The position numbers and the translations under genes are program-made. Below are positions 8,186-18,467 of a stretch of DNA of 64,000 bases, in pieces. The stretch spans positions 1 through 64,000 of IMG/VR virus record IMGVR_UViG_3300025015_000010; one strand, 5' to 3'. The first letter of the stretch is position 1. Each line of letters begins with the position of its first letter. Origin of the DNA: a virus. The notes beneath the pieces were generated by a model that had not been told where the DNA came from, searched no databases, and saw only the letters and a list, made by a program, of their open reading frames with translations.

Positions 8186-10018
8186 ATGGAACGACAGGAT
8201 ACTAATTTAGGAACAGGCCTGAGGCATGCACTGTTTGAGATGGCCCCCTATGGTCGAGCGCCCGCAGTTGGCAAACGTAAGCTGAGCGTAACTTGTAAAG
8301 GATCGATGCCTGAAAAATCATTAGTTGATTTGTTCACTATGCAGGATGGAACATGGGTGGGTAAAGAAAATAGGTTTTATTCTATAGCATCTGTCCGCAG
8401 TTCCTTTTTTGAATCCCGTGGGCGCAAAGGTAAAACCAGTGGGGAAGATTTTGCCTTCCAGGAGTGGATTGCATTCGATATTGATAAAGTTGACATAGGT
8501 ATTTGGGGCCTGGATAATTTTATGTCATTTATTGAAGAAGTCATGCCTACGGATGGCCAGCGAATTTACGTGTGGACTGGCAACGGTATTCAGATGCTTT
8601 TTAGGGTTTCTATTTTTTCTGACCCGAGTCTGTTTAATACCTTACGCTATGCCTATAAGTCCAAGTGCAGAGAAATAGAGGCTATACTAGTTAAAAATCA
8701 AGTAGGCTATGAGGTTGTCGATCCGACAGCCTGGGATTCAGCCAGAATGTTTCGGTTGCCTAATACAATCAATCAGAAGTGGAATGATGACGGTTCTGCT
8801 CGCGAGCCTAAGAAAGCCTTTTTGATTGGCATTTTTGGAAACGGCCCTAGCAATAGGCTTTGGAGTTGGTTGCAAGATTATAAAATACCAGAGGGCGCCT
8901 TACGTGATAATGCTAAAACGGGTGAAGTAGTCGATAAGATGCTTTCATTGTTTAATCCAGACACTACAGTTGAGTATACAGCATATTACAAAGTCCCCTG
9001 CCCGTTTCATAAAGATGGCAAAGAGGGTGATCCGTCGCTGGTTATTTATCGTGATGGCATGTTTGCTCAGGATTTTCACGAAACTGAGAACAAGCGCTCA
9101 GTTCATTTATTCAAGGTATGGATGGCAGTAAAATATTCTAACGAAAATCGAGAAGGCCAGGAAAGTAACCCTCGTTATCGTGAGTTTTGTCAGTTTGTAG
9201 GTATTGAACCGCCCCCCGCGCCTATTTCCGGTATTATTAGAGAGTGGGCAGAAGAAAAATTTTTACCGTTGTATCGCGACGTGGGTGAACGCGGCTTTTA
9301 CTCATTGGCTCAGCGACGGGTAGTCGAACTTACTGAATCAACACGTCAAGGAGATGATTTAATCTACGATGCTATCCGTGATAAGTCTCGTGAAAGTAGA
9401 ACATTCACCAAGGATGGCAGAGAGTCTAAGTGTGATCATTCACAGGCTATAAGTTTGTATCAAAAGGCCGCTCCGTCTGTTTTTACAGCAATATATGATC
9501 AACTACCTACATTGACAGAGATTGATCCCAAAGAATTGCCTACACGTGCTAAAGAAGACATTCTAGTGATGTTCAGATCGGCCTTCAATCAGTCAATACC
9601 TCACACATCCGACGGTCGCAATTTTAGGACGAGCTTATTTCAGTTAGCAAAGGAAGCCCCATGGGAAGATGATACTTGGTATAAGGCTGAACAGTATGCT
9701 TTTTTCTACCGTAGGTTTAACGGCGCCTACGAAGTTGCTTTTCAGTTTCAAGTCCTCACAGACTTAGCAGCTTCCAAGCGATGGACTAATCAATTCAGAC
9801 TGGAGAAAGAGTTTGTTCAGTTAGTGGAACAGCTAGGTATATGTGTTAAAGACAGAATTTCTCTGGGCCAAGGTAAGCATAGAGTTTTGAAGTTTACACA
9901 GGAAGCCTTGGACGTAATTGATTTTGGACAAAATATTGAAATGATTGCTGGATCAAATCGTATAGCTAGTTTTCTGAGCGACATAATCCTGTCCGAGGAT
10001 ACAGATGATCGAATTTAA
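8186..10018 (+). CDS. Primase-polymerase / RepB-like primase with a CPFH zinc-finger-like motif
   Basis: AFDID, WTGNGIQ, DSARMFRLPNTINQK, PCPFHKD...PSL. Confidence 0.7.
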   Translation: MERQDTNLGTGLRHALFEMAPYGRAPAVGKRKLSVTCKGSMPEKSLVDLFTMQDGTWVGKENRFYSIASVRSSFFESRGRKGKTSGEDFAFQEWIAFDIDKVDIGIWGLDNFMSFIEEVMPTDGQRIYVWTGNGIQMLFRVSIFSDPSLFNTLRYAYKSKCREIEAILVKNQVGYEVVDPTAWDSARMFRLPNTINQKWNDDGSAREPKKAFLIGIFGNGPSNRLWSWLQDYKIPEGALRDNAKTGEVVDKMLSLFNPDTTVEYTAYYKVPCPFHKDGKEGDPSLVIYRDGMFAQDFHETENKRSVHLFKVWMAVKYSNENREGQESNPRYREFCQFVGIEPPPAPISGIIREWAEEKFLPLYRDVGERGFYSLAQRRVVELTESTRQGDDLIYDAIRDKSRESRTFTKDGRESKCDHSQAISLYQKAAPSVFTAIYDQLPTLTEIDPKELPTRAKEDILVMFRSAFNQSIPHTSDGRNFRTSLFQLAKEAPWEDDTWYKAEQYAFFYRRFNGAYEVAFQFQVLTDLAASKRWTNQFRLEKEFVQLVEQLGICVKDRISLGQGKHRVLKFTQEALDVIDFGQNIEMIAGSNRIASFLSDIILSEDTDDRI

Positions 10019-11768
10019 TGAGCCAGAAATAGATTGTTACAGCGTTTTGACCCTAGATCAAGCGCTCATAAGATTCAAGATCAAAGAGCTTAAGCAGGAG
10101 CAGCAAAGCGCTATTCAGGCTGTACTCGACGGTAAAGACACCCTTGCAGTAATGCCTACTGGTTACGGCAAGTCTTTAATAGCTCAACTACCAGGTACTA
10201 TGTGTTATGGCGTTACCTTGGTACTTTCTCCCCTGATTGCGTTGATGAAGGACCAGGTAGATGGGCTGAATAAACTTGGAATTGGCGCCTGTTGTCTAAA
10301 TTCTTCTCTAGGCACTAAGCAGCAGCAAATCATTCAAGATCGAGTACGCCAAGGCAAGTACAAGTTTATTTACTGCGCTCCTGAGCGATTAGCCAAGCCA
10401 GACTTTATTGGCCTTATTCAAAGTTTGCCTATCGCCATTTTGTTCCTGGACGAAATCCACGTAATGTCTGAATGGCAAGATGATTTCCGTCCAGCTTATT
10501 CGCGAATTGGCGAGGCAATTAGGAAGATTAAGCCTAAGGTTGTTGTTGCAACGACAGCAACTGCTAATGCTCTTACGATCAAGGACATCGAGAGATCGCT
10601 TGCCATAAAGTTTAAAGCCACTTTTGTATTGTCCCCGGATCGACCAAATCTAAATTATGTGATCCAACGTGGCAATTCACATAAAAATATTATCGATTAC
10701 ATGCAGAGGGCTCCAAAGGGGCGAGGCATAATCTATGCTGATACAGTCAATAAAGTCATTGAAATCTATGATAATATAAAGCATATATCTGGTGTCTATG
10801 CTGGTATTTATCACGGTCAGATGCCACAGAAGTTGCGAGAAGAAAATCAGAATAAGTTTGAAACTGGCTTGATCACTACCATGGTAGCTACCAATGCATT
10901 TGGTTTGGGAGTTAACTATCCAGATGTTCGGTATGTGATCCATTCATCGTTACCATCGACGTTTGAAGGATTTACGCAGGAAGCGGGCCGTTCAGGAAGA
11001 GACGGACAGCCTTCTCTGTGTATGTTGTGCCTTTCACCTGACTATCTGAAAACCCCTATGTGGCTCATTGACACCAGTAATCCGAGTGTAAAGCAACTTA
11101 AAGCCGTGTTCGAACATTACAACAAACACAAGGATGTTATTATTCGAGATACTGCTGAAGAAGTTTCACAAGCAACATTTGGAAATAAATTTAAAGCCTT
11201 GACAGTGAGCACCTGTCGTGCTATACTACGTAGGTATGATCTAATTCAGTGCTGGAAAGAGCCACCACAGCCCAAACAGATAAAAATCTTGAAAGATGCT
11301 CACACGGCTGGTATTCCAGGTGGAGACAAGGCATTACAGAATATATACAAAGTATTTGACTGGCTCCGTGACTGGGGAGTCATTAATGAAAACGGGTACA
11401 TAGGTATCCACGCGGAAGCCTTAGCTGAGCATGTAGGGTTTAGTCCGCCTACTATAGATAAGCACCTGAAGACACTTGCGGGATGCAAGGTAATTGAATG
11501 CTTGACCGAGCGTCGTACAGGCTGTACAAAGGTGATCAAGCGCGAGTTTGAGATTAATGAAGCTGAGTTAGCCAAGAAAAAAGCTTTGGACCTATCCCGC
11601 TTCCAGGCTATGATCGATTTTGCCAATAAATGCAAAACAAACGAAGATTGCCATAGGTTCATTGTGGATTATTTTTCCAGGGCTGAAATTGAAGTTAAGC
11701 AAGCTGTGGCCGAAGTAGAACTTGTTCAAGAAGTGCCACAAGAGGCCCAATATGTCGATCTCTGGTGA
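10005..11768 (+). CDS. recQ: RecQ-family ATP-dependent DNA helicase
   Basis: MPTGYGKSL, SPLIALMKDQV, DEIHVMSEWQDDFRPAY, QEAGRSGRDG. Confidence 0.95.
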   Translation: MIEFNEPEIDCYSVLTLDQALIRFKIKELKQEQQSAIQAVLDGKDTLAVMPTGYGKSLIAQLPGTMCYGVTLVLSPLIALMKDQVDGLNKLGIGACCLNSSLGTKQQQIIQDRVRQGKYKFIYCAPERLAKPDFIGLIQSLPIAILFLDEIHVMSEWQDDFRPAYSRIGEAIRKIKPKVVVATTATANALTIKDIERSLAIKFKATFVLSPDRPNLNYVIQRGNSHKNIIDYMQRAPKGRGIIYADTVNKVIEIYDNIKHISGVYAGIYHGQMPQKLREENQNKFETGLITTMVATNAFGLGVNYPDVRYVIHSSLPSTFEGFTQEAGRSGRDGQPSLCMLCLSPDYLKTPMWLIDTSNPSVKQLKAVFEHYNKHKDVIIRDTAEEVSQATFGNKFKALTVSTCRAILRRYDLIQCWKEPPQPKQIKILKDAHTAGIPGGDKALQNIYKVFDWLRDWGVINENGYIGIHAEALAEHVGFSPPTIDKHLKTLAGCKVIECLTERRTGCTKVIKREFEINEAELAKKKALDLSRFQAMIDFANKCKTNEDCHRFIVDYFSRAEIEVKQAVAEVELVQEVPQEAQYVDLW

Positions 11769-11903
11769 TGATTTTGGCAAGCGAGATTGGTTGGAGCTTT
11801 GGGTCGATAAGCACAACCATAAGCTCGAATTGATTCGTACTATAACCAGTTTTCTAGCCGCAGCCGTAGGTATTCTGGTTGCCTTGAAGGTGTTTAGGTT
11901 GAT

Positions 11904-12521
11904 ATGAGAGTACTTGTTGCTTGTGAAGAATCTCAGGTAGTAACATCTGAATTTCGAGCACTAGGTCACGAAGCTTTTTCTTGTGATCTAGTGCCTTGTA
12001 GCGGTGGTCATCCAGAATGGCATATGCAGTGTGATGTTTTGAGTTTGCTAAATAACAAGTGGGATTTAATTATAGCACACCCTCCGTGTACTTATTTGTG
12101 CATAACAGGTAACAAGTGGATGAAGCCAGAATTTGCTAGCAGATTTCCAGATAGACCGAAGCAAAGGCAAGATGCTATTAATTTCTTTTTAGCTATTGCA
12201 AGCGCTGAGTGTAATAAGATAGCAGTCGAAAATCCAGTAGGAATAATGAGCACGGTCTGGCGGAAACCGGATCAATATATACAACCTTACCAGTTTGGTG
12301 AGCCACACTCAAAAAAAACAGGCATGTGGCTAAAGGGTTTGCCGCTGTTAAAACCGACTAATATTGTAGAACCTCAATATTATATCTATGCAGACGGTAG
12401 ACGAGATCCTGTATGGCATGTAGAAACCATTAATTTGCCAGCAAAAGACCGTGCTAGAATAAGAAGCAGAACATTCGTAGGTATAGCAAAAGCGATGGCT
12501 GAACAGTGGGGATGTTTGTAG
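11904..12521 (+). CDS. Phage DNA cytosine methyltransferase-like protein
   Basis: VLVACEESQ, AHPPCTY, VENPVG, RSRTF.GIA.AMA.QWG. Confidence 0.85.
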   Translation: MRVLVACEESQVVTSEFRALGHEAFSCDLVPCSGGHPEWHMQCDVLSLLNNKWDLIIAHPPCTYLCITGNKWMKPEFASRFPDRPKQRQDAINFFLAIASAECNKIAVENPVGIMSTVWRKPDQYIQPYQFGEPHSKKTGMWLKGLPLLKPTNIVEPQYYIYADGRRDPVWHVETINLPAKDRARIRSRTFVGIAKAMAEQWGCL

Positions 12522-13087
12522 AAAGGGCCTATATGCAAGCTACTAAAAAGTCTCGCGGCCGTCCGCAGGATAGGTTGATACTCAGCCTGTCAAAAGACCT
12601 GAGTGTTTATACGACGGGCTCAACTTGGTCGGCACAGCACAATACGAGCACTGTATACACTGACGACATCTCGCAATTGCTAGCATTAGTGCTCAATATG
12701 AAAGTCAAAAAGCCGATTGATCGAGATGGTTTACTGGAAATTACAGCCTGTGTTAGTACAAGTAAAAAACAAATAGCAGAAAAAGCCTCTGGGTTAAATG
12801 TATTCAGTCCAGCAGTCACAGGTCCAAAAACAAAGGGTCGTCCACAGGACATAGTTTTCTTGGAATTTTCCGACGGCTATGGCATTACAACCAGCGGCGA
12901 CACCTGGATGATCAATCTCGGAGGCAGATCGTGGTTCTATTCGAGTCTAGCAGAACTACTGTCTAGGTTGTTTGAGAAGAAATTAATGCAAGTAGTCAGA
13001 GGGCCTGATGTAGATAGCCTACTTCGTGACATTGATAATGTTAAGAATAATATTCTAGAAGCGCTAGCGAGCCCGCATGGCGCGTAA
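12506..13087 (+). CDS. Hypothetical protein with an internal duplication (GRPQD twice)
   Basis: KSRGRPQD and KTKGRPQD, each followed by a T(T/S)G.TW segment. Confidence 0.6.
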   Translation: MGMFVERAYMQATKKSRGRPQDRLILSLSKDLSVYTTGSTWSAQHNTSTVYTDDISQLLALVLNMKVKKPIDRDGLLEITACVSTSKKQIAEKASGLNVFSPAVTGPKTKGRPQDIVFLEFSDGYGITTSGDTWMINLGGRSWFYSSLAELLSRLFEKKLMQVVRGPDVDSLLRDIDNVKNNILEALASPHGA

Positions 13088-13757
13088 ATCACCTAGTGGA
13101 GTCGCTACTACCAACTTGATACACAGTGCTAGGGTCGGTGCTAATGCAGAATTATTTGCACGTATTTTAATGCTGCACGTGCCAGCAGGCTCGATTGTAG
13201 CAGATGTTACTTATGGCAGAGGAACATTTTGGAAGTTAGTGCAAAATGGTGTTTATCAACTAAAGGCCACAGATATTCAAACAGGCGCTGATTTTAAGCG
13301 ATTACCCTACGAATCTAATAGTATTGATTGTGTCATCTTAGACCCGCCTTATTTAGGTGGTATGGCGCGTGATGCTAAGAGTTCTGCTGGACAAGGCACG
13401 CACTCAGAATTCAGAGCCGCTTATGGCGGTGGTACAGTTGCACCAAAACGAGGTTCGACATTAGCCTGGCACGAGGTAACACTGGATTTATATTTGAGCG
13501 GCGGTAAGGAAGCACATAGGGTTCTCAGAAATAACGGCCTGCTAATTGTTAAGTGCCAAGATGAGGTGTGTGGCGGTAAGCAATTTCTAACTCATGTCGA
13601 AATAATTAATGCCTACGCCATTATGGGTTTTTATGCGAAAGATTTGTTCGTTTTAGTACGTTCAAATAAGCCAGGGGTCAGTAGAATGTTAAAACAGGTT
13701 CATGCCAGAAAAAACCACTCTTATTTTCTTATATTTCGGAAGATTAAGCAGGACTGA
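13077..13757 (+). CDS. DNA amino-methyltransferase (N4-C/N6-A)
   Basis: DVTYGRGTFW, LDPPY, IVKCQD, HARKNHSYFLIF. Confidence 0.85.
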   Translation: MARKSPSGVATTNLIHSARVGANAELFARILMLHVPAGSIVADVTYGRGTFWKLVQNGVYQLKATDIQTGADFKRLPYESNSIDCVILDPPYLGGMARDAKSSAGQGTHSEFRAAYGGGTVAPKRGSTLAWHEVTLDLYLSGGKEAHRVLRNNGLLIVKCQDEVCGGKQFLTHVEIINAYAIMGFYAKDLFVLVRSNKPGVSRMLKQVHARKNHSYFLIFRKIKQD

Positions 13758-13759
13758 TT

Positions 13760-14218
13760 GTGCCAAAACAACAGATAGTAGATAATATCTTTGCATCACT
13801 GCCTAAGCGTAGCCAGCGCGGAAATAAATATGCTTTAGAGGTTGAACAGGATCTGTTGTATGATGCCGTAGCAGGGCCTGATAATAAGACCGAGGCCAAA
13901 AAGAAAGCTATATTTGATGATTTAGACCAGCAGTACAGACGGCTAATGCAGGCGCAAGCCACAGATATTGCTAGACAGGAAGAACAGCGAAGAGCGATGT
14001 TGCAGCAGCAACAGGCACAAGCTATCAATAATGCAGCCAATCAAAGATCCCCAGAAATAGATTTCCTCACAAGTGGCGACGTAGGCTATTTTGATCAGCC
14101 CAAATTCAATATATTTAGTCCTTTTGGTATGCTCAAGGAAGAATCTGTGTCAGAAAAATCAAAGCTCTGCAAAGTAGACCCAAAAATACATCGACGAAAG
14201 TTCAATTTTGATGCCTAA
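13760..14218 (+). CDS. Hypothetical protein ending RRKFNFDA
   Basis: Packed ORF with a Gln-rich helix. Confidence 0.65.
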   Translation: MPKQQIVDNIFASLPKRSQRGNKYALEVEQDLLYDAVAGPDNKTEAKKKAIFDDLDQQYRRLMQAQATDIARQEEQRRAMLQQQQAQAINNAANQRSPEIDFLTSGDVGYFDQPKFNIFSPFGMLKEESVSEKSKLCKVDPKIHRRKFNFDA

Positions 14219-14672
14219 TCAACTCGGCGAATTCATGTTGTATGCTAGTAAGCATCAGCATGTGACCCCAAAATCTACTCAGGTATATCGAATCGGTTTC
14301 CCCGAGGACAAGGAATTTTGGTGTGAGTACATATTTGTTGTTACAAAGGATGTTGAAGCAAAGATTAGAATACTCTACAGAAATAATAGCGTAATTTCAA
14401 GTGATTTTGTAGTTGCGTCTGTGCTGGGTAGCACGTTTAAGGATCGTTTTCAATTTTCGGTTCCCATCGTCTTGAAATCCTGTGTCGATATCGTAACCTG
14501 TGCCAGTTCAGACATAGAAGTGTATCTAGGTGGTAGGCTTGTTGACGAGATGATGGAGCCAGGTACGCGGCGTATACCAGAAGCGAAACTACTTGATGCA
14601 CTAAAACGGGTTAAGGATGAACAGACGTTTAAACGGCCAGTCCTAATTCGGAAGTTCAACTTCGATGAGTAA
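14208..14672 (+). CDS. Hypothetical protein ending IRKFNFDE
   Basis: Overlap-coupled ORF. Confidence 0.65.
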   Translation: MMPNQLGEFMLYASKHQHVTPKSTQVYRIGFPEDKEFWCEYIFVVTKDVEAKIRILYRNNSVISSDFVVASVLGSTFKDRFQFSVPIVLKSCVDIVTCASSDIEVYLGGRLVDEMMEPGTRRIPEAKLLDALKRVKDEQTFKRPVLIRKFNFDE

Positions 14673-16515
14673 CCCATTTGAGTTAATTACTGCTCAAGCT
14701 AAAACTCATGGTCTTGTCGCGCTTGACTTCGAGACGACAGGCCTCGATGCTATTAATGATAAAGTAACTGGTGTTGCCGTAGCCGTTCTTGGATCGTCTT
14801 GGTGGATGCCAATCCCCAAGGACGATGTCGCTATCAAGGTCTGGTCGGCAGGTCTACAGGCACTGATCGAGTGTGGTGCCCAGGTAGTTTGGTGGAAGTC
14901 GTGGTTCGATATGGCGTTTTTACCCAGCCTTGGGCTACCCATTTATGATAATAATCACGATGCCCGTATTATGTGGCATCTGTTGGAGCCCTATAAATGG
15001 TCTCCTAAAGGTTTGAAGGCACGAGCGAAGAAAGAATATAAGATCAAGGTCATTGAATTTAAAGATGTTGATTGGAATGACTTAGAACAGGTCCATAAGT
15101 ACACCACTCAGGATGCTGAGTTTACACTGTCATTGTATTTGATGGCCAGAGAACGGCTCAAGCAACAAAACATGTGGTCATTCTATCTTGAAATTTATCC
15201 GGTATTAGCCGCAGTGGCTACCGAGATGCGCCTTACAGGTATCAAAGTAGATCGTGTGGAACTCGCAAAGCTAAAGATAGAGTTTGAGAGAGATCGTGAT
15301 AGCGCGCTAAATTGGCTAATCGATCTTGCTGACAAATATGGGCTAAAGAAATTTAATCCAGGCTCGCCACAACAGGTATCTGCGCTGTTGTATGATAAAC
15401 TCGGTATGGCCCCGCCTTTTGCAGACATGCGCGATAAGGGTAAGTCTGGATATGCTTCGACAGGCGCATACATTTTGAAGTTTATGGCCAGAGATAATAA
15501 GCGAAGTAGCATAGGCGCCGAGGTTGCTAGAAAGATTCAGGAATACCGTCAGAAATCAAAATTACTGACTACGTACATCGAGCCGATGATTGCCCTAGCG
15601 GCTAAAAGTCCAGACGGTCGTATTCACGCCGAGTTTAATCCAATTGGCACAGATACGGGTCGCTGGTCAAGTTCAGGTGGTAACACTTTAGTCAAAAAGA
15701 CTAAAAAGGGAAAAAAGTCTGTACGTGAAGGTATGAATCTTCAAAATATACCCAAACGGTCTGCTGCTGGGAAAAAAATTCGTGCCTGTTTTATTCCAGA
15801 CGATGAAGATAGTGATTGGCTGAAATCAGACTTTTCTCAGATGGAACTTCGCGTAAATGCATTCTTAGCAAATGTACGAAGTATGATTGATGCCTTTAAG
15901 TTTGGACGAGATTTGCACGAAGAATTAAGAGTCGCATTAGATATACCCGAGAGAGAACCAGCAAAAAACGTGTCGTTCGGATTTATTTATTCGATGTCCG
16001 CAAGGCGTTTCGCTCTTATGGAAGGCTATGTGCTTGAAGAAGCACAGAGATTAAAACAGGGCTATTTTCAAAAGTATCCCGAGATGGCTGAACACCATGC
16101 CAAGATTGATTCACTGGTGTACTCTAATCTATGGGTTCAGACTATTGCTGGGCGCAAGCACTTCTTAGGGTGGTATCCATTGCGTGGTGGTGAGCGTATG
16201 CGAAAGGCGCTTAACACACCTGTGCAGGGAACAGTGGGAGACGCAGTTAATAAATCGCTGGTTGATATGTGGAATTGGCGCAAGATGACAGGTATACCCT
16301 TTAGATTCCTAGCTCAGGTACATGACGAAGTGGATTTATCTGTAAAAAAGTGCTATTCTTCTATTGTGGCAAGTGCTACGAAATCAATTATGGAAAAATC
16401 AGTATCACTAGGCGAAGTTCCAGTGGAGGCCGAGATCAAATTGACTTCAAGATGGTACGTTCCCAAGGAAAAGAAACCAGAACCTATTCGACGGTTCGAT
16501 TTTAGTGGGGCTTAG
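14665..16515 (+). CDS. polA: Family A DNA polymerase with 3'-5' exonuclease
   Basis: LDFETTG (ExoI), TGRWSS, DFSQMELR (A), AKNVSFGFIY (B), QVHDE (C). Confidence 0.95.
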   Translation: MSNPFELITAQAKTHGLVALDFETTGLDAINDKVTGVAVAVLGSSWWMPIPKDDVAIKVWSAGLQALIECGAQVVWWKSWFDMAFLPSLGLPIYDNNHDARIMWHLLEPYKWSPKGLKARAKKEYKIKVIEFKDVDWNDLEQVHKYTTQDAEFTLSLYLMARERLKQQNMWSFYLEIYPVLAAVATEMRLTGIKVDRVELAKLKIEFERDRDSALNWLIDLADKYGLKKFNPGSPQQVSALLYDKLGMAPPFADMRDKGKSGYASTGAYILKFMARDNKRSSIGAEVARKIQEYRQKSKLLTTYIEPMIALAAKSPDGRIHAEFNPIGTDTGRWSSSGGNTLVKKTKKGKKSVREGMNLQNIPKRSAAGKKIRACFIPDDEDSDWLKSDFSQMELRVNAFLANVRSMIDAFKFGRDLHEELRVALDIPEREPAKNVSFGFIYSMSARRFALMEGYVLEEAQRLKQGYFQKYPEMAEHHAKIDSLVYSNLWVQTIAGRKHFLGWYPLRGGERMRKALNTPVQGTVGDAVNKSLVDMWNWRKMTGIPFRFLAQVHDEVDLSVKKCYSSIVASATKSIMEKSVSLGEVPVEAEIKLTSRWYVPKEKKPEPIRRFDFSGA

Positions 16516-16517
16516 AG

Positions 16518-16784
16518 ATGGTTACAGTAAACAGGCTTCTGCCTGCACTAGGCGACGAGGTTGTTTTAGTGGTTGTAGAAGATTTTGTCGAGTGGGAAGA
16601 TGAGGGTGGACCCAGATCGAAGTATGATCCTCACCGAGTTCAAGTCCCATGTAAGTTCATAACCGTGCAGGATGGTTTGGTGTGGGTTACGATTGATGGT
16701 GGATCGGTTGGATTTCCTGTGCCTAAAGTCGAAATCAACTATCTGCCTAAACCAGATAATTCAGACGAGGTAAAAGACATCTAG
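16518..16784 (+). CDS. Hypothetical protein
   Basis: Packed ORF. Confidence 0.55.
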   Translation: MVTVNRLLPALGDEVVLVVVEDFVEWEDEGGPRSKYDPHRVQVPCKFITVQDGLVWVTIDGGSVGFPVPKVEINYLPKPDNSDEVKDI

Positions 16785-17038
16785 TGGATGTCTCATATCT
16801 AGTTGTTTTAGTCTGCGGATTTGTGTACGAGGCTGCATGCGTCTATTGGGTCTATGCGGCTGAGCAGAGAAAGTGTTTAAAAATTGCACTTTGGTCTATG
16901 TTATGTGCTACTGTACAACTAACGGGGATTATTGAGACTGTAAAAGATTTGTGGCATGCACCAGTATTTATTTTAGGCTACGGTTTAGGTTCTGCTTTCG
17001 CTGTGTATTTAAATAGAAAGGCAAAAGATGGAAATTAA
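16784..17038 (+). CDS. Small membrane protein
   Basis: Three hydrophobic segments, G.GLGS motif. Confidence 0.6.
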   Translation: MDVSYLVVLVCGFVYEAACVYWVYAAEQRKCLKIALWSMLCATVQLTGIIETVKDLWHAPVFILGYGLGSAFAVYLNRKAKDGN

Positions 17039-17576
17039 TGAGTTTGCCAGGATGTCGAAAGATCGTGCTGTTAAGAATGATTCTGATCGTCGGTTCGATT
17101 GGAAGTACTATGTTGTAGCCTTAGCTGGGGAATCTGGTGAGATTAGTAATCAGCTAAAGAAAATTCTTCGTGGCGATCATGAGTTAGATACAAACGAATT
17201 GGCCGAAGAAGTAGCCGATGCAATCACCTACGGATTTTTGTTGCTGTCTACTTTGGGTGTTGATCCAGAGAAAGTTCTTCTGGACAAATATGAGAAGGTC
17301 AATAACCGTATTGCAGCAGGTGGTTTTGGTGCTAGACCGACTGAGCCAAAAACCTATGATGTTGTGGTTAATGGCAAAGTTATTACAACTACTATCCAGT
17401 TGCTGTCCTATAATGATGTTGTGTGCATGGCCGTAGGCAAACCATCCGATGCTGTTTTAACCATCACATATAGAAATGGTGGCGGCGCAAGAAAAGAAGG
17501 AATTCTTAGTAGAGGTCAACTGATCAGAATAGATCAAGGTACTACGTTTAGTGCCTACAATACGGGCAATGCCTAG
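17028..17576 (+). CDS. MazG-like NTP pyrophosphohydrolase fused to a multi-ubiquitin (beta-grasp) domain
   Basis: LAGESGE..N.LKK and EEVAD; C-terminal VVVNGK..LSYNDVV..TITYR.G..EG.L..G. Confidence 0.75.
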   Translation: MEINEFARMSKDRAVKNDSDRRFDWKYYVVALAGESGEISNQLKKILRGDHELDTNELAEEVADAITYGFLLLSTLGVDPEKVLLDKYEKVNNRIAAGGFGARPTEPKTYDVVVNGKVITTTIQLLSYNDVVCMAVGKPSDAVLTITYRNGGGARKEGILSRGQLIRIDQGTTFSAYNTGNA

Positions 17577-17578
17577 CC

Positions 17579-18259
17579 GTGAAACCTCGTGCAGTCGATT
17601 TGATCGGCCGAGGTTTCGGCCCCCTGAAAGTTACCCAAAAAGTGATCTCGAAAGATCGCCACGCTTACTGGTCAGGCACATGCATAGCTTGCAACCAGCC
17701 ATTCACTAAGCGCACATCCGATCTTCGTAATGGCCAGGGATGTCCCTGTCAAGGTGTCAATTCGGTTAATACCGGTGATCGGTTTGGTTACTTAAAAGTT
17801 GATTCGTTAGTAGATTCGAAACGAAGGCATAAATATTACGTGTGTACTTGTTCGTGCGGTTCTAGTACCGTTGTGCGAGCATTGGAACTAAAAACAGGAA
17901 AGACAATTTCATGTGGCTGCGCTAAATTTGCCCTAAGAAATGATCCACCTGAAGCACCAGAATATGCTAGGTATATTGCCTTGAATCGCGATTATTTTGT
18001 TTTGATAGACGAGGCTGATTATACAGTATTGAGTAAATACAAATGGCACTACAGAAACGGCTATGCCGCTCGCAGAACCCACACAATATCAATCTATATG
18101 CATCGAGAATTAATGGCTTGTCCAGAAGACAGGCAGGTTGATCATATTAACCGCGACCGACTAGATAATCGTAGAGATAATCTTAGGATCGTAACTCCGA
18201 CTGAGAACTGTGCAAATCGTAGTACAAGTGTTAGGTACGAAGATGAGGTGCCGTTTTGA
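17579..18259 (+). CDS. HNH endonuclease with N-terminal Cys repeats
   Basis: YMHR, VDHINRDRLDNRRDNLR..T..EN. Confidence 0.9.
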   Translation: MKPRAVDLIGRGFGPLKVTQKVISKDRHAYWSGTCIACNQPFTKRTSDLRNGQGCPCQGVNSVNTGDRFGYLKVDSLVDSKRRHKYYVCTCSCGSSTVVRALELKTGKTISCGCAKFALRNDPPEAPEYARYIALNRDYFVLIDEADYTVLSKYKWHYRNGYAARRTHTISIYMHRELMACPEDRQVDHINRDRLDNRRDNLRIVTPTENCANRSTSVRYEDEVPF

Positions 18260-18467
18260 TGCATGAGTGGATTCGTGGCAGTGATCGTGAGATTAGCCAA
18301 GAACGTGACAGGCTTAGGCCGGGGAACCCGCCCAAGATGTACACCGTCCCATTGGGCGGTCAAGGCCAATATGGGACCAGAGCACAGTGGGACGGTATTT
18401 TTTCCTTACAAACGGACGACATAGAAGCAGTTAAGAGGGCTGATGCCATAGTTAGAGGGAATGTAGT

